Of a DNA stretch of 64,000 bases, positions 63,831 to 64,000 are shown one piece after another. The DNA is taken from contig OX597815.1 of NCBI GenBank assembly GCA_951406725.2, positions 163,060,001 to 163,124,000 of the forward strand, read 5' to 3'. The stretch is from Octopus vulgaris. Taxonomy: Eukaryota. A model generated the notes under the pieces. It was given only the letters and a program-made list of their open reading frames with translations, had not been told where the DNA came from and ran no database searches. The position numbers and the translations under genes were made by a program. Positions within the stretch are counted from its first letter, which is position 1. Each line of letters starts with the position of its first letter.

Positions 63831-64000
63831 AGTAGAAAAGCACGGAAGGATATACTTCTAGAAGGAGGGAAAAAGACATAAGGCCAGGCCTTCAAAAGAA
63901 ATATACAAGATATATTAAAGATAGAAGGAATACTAGGAGGTGGCTGCATGGCTGGAAAGACTGTTAATATTTCCACTCATAAAAACAACAAAAAGACCGA

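Overview
This is AT-rich, microsatellite-dense animal genomic DNA. The repeat families look like those of Octopus (coleoid cephalopod); that assignment is recognition from memory, not a database search. The window lies inside one + strand gene, a TTLL6/TTLL13-type tubulin polyglutamylase. Five phase-compatible coding exons (<1-87, 7164-7249, 25907-26132, 46118-46299, 51126-51311) are separated by 4.8-20 kb introns. The introns contain at least four tRNA-derived SINE families, RTE-, CR1-, R4-like and Penelope-like retroelement remnants, two mariner relics and several MITE/foldback families. Most ORFs in the track are microsatellite or repeat artefacts. The main unexpected signal is a set of type I hammerhead ribozyme motifs from four unrelated repeat contexts. 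They are (1) a near-complete sense-strand hammerhead in intron 1 (4732-4787); (2) two tandem antisense hammerheads 353 nt apart in a retrozyme/pLTR-like direct-plus-inverted repeat (56452-57255); (3) a minimal hammerhead in a (TA)n-embedded fragment (53515-53550); and (4) a decayed hammerhead downstream of a tRNA-like Pol III cassette in a Penelope-like GIY-YIG remnant (63186-63830). Other notable structures are a serial SINE pile-up that repeatedly regenerated one target site (39619-41325), a structured RTE-type 5' UTR (19164-19231), a foldback element built from two transposase 3' ends, and an uninterrupted GC-rich CR1 RT ORF. Repeat boundaries without target-site duplications are approximate, and no ribozyme activity has been tested.
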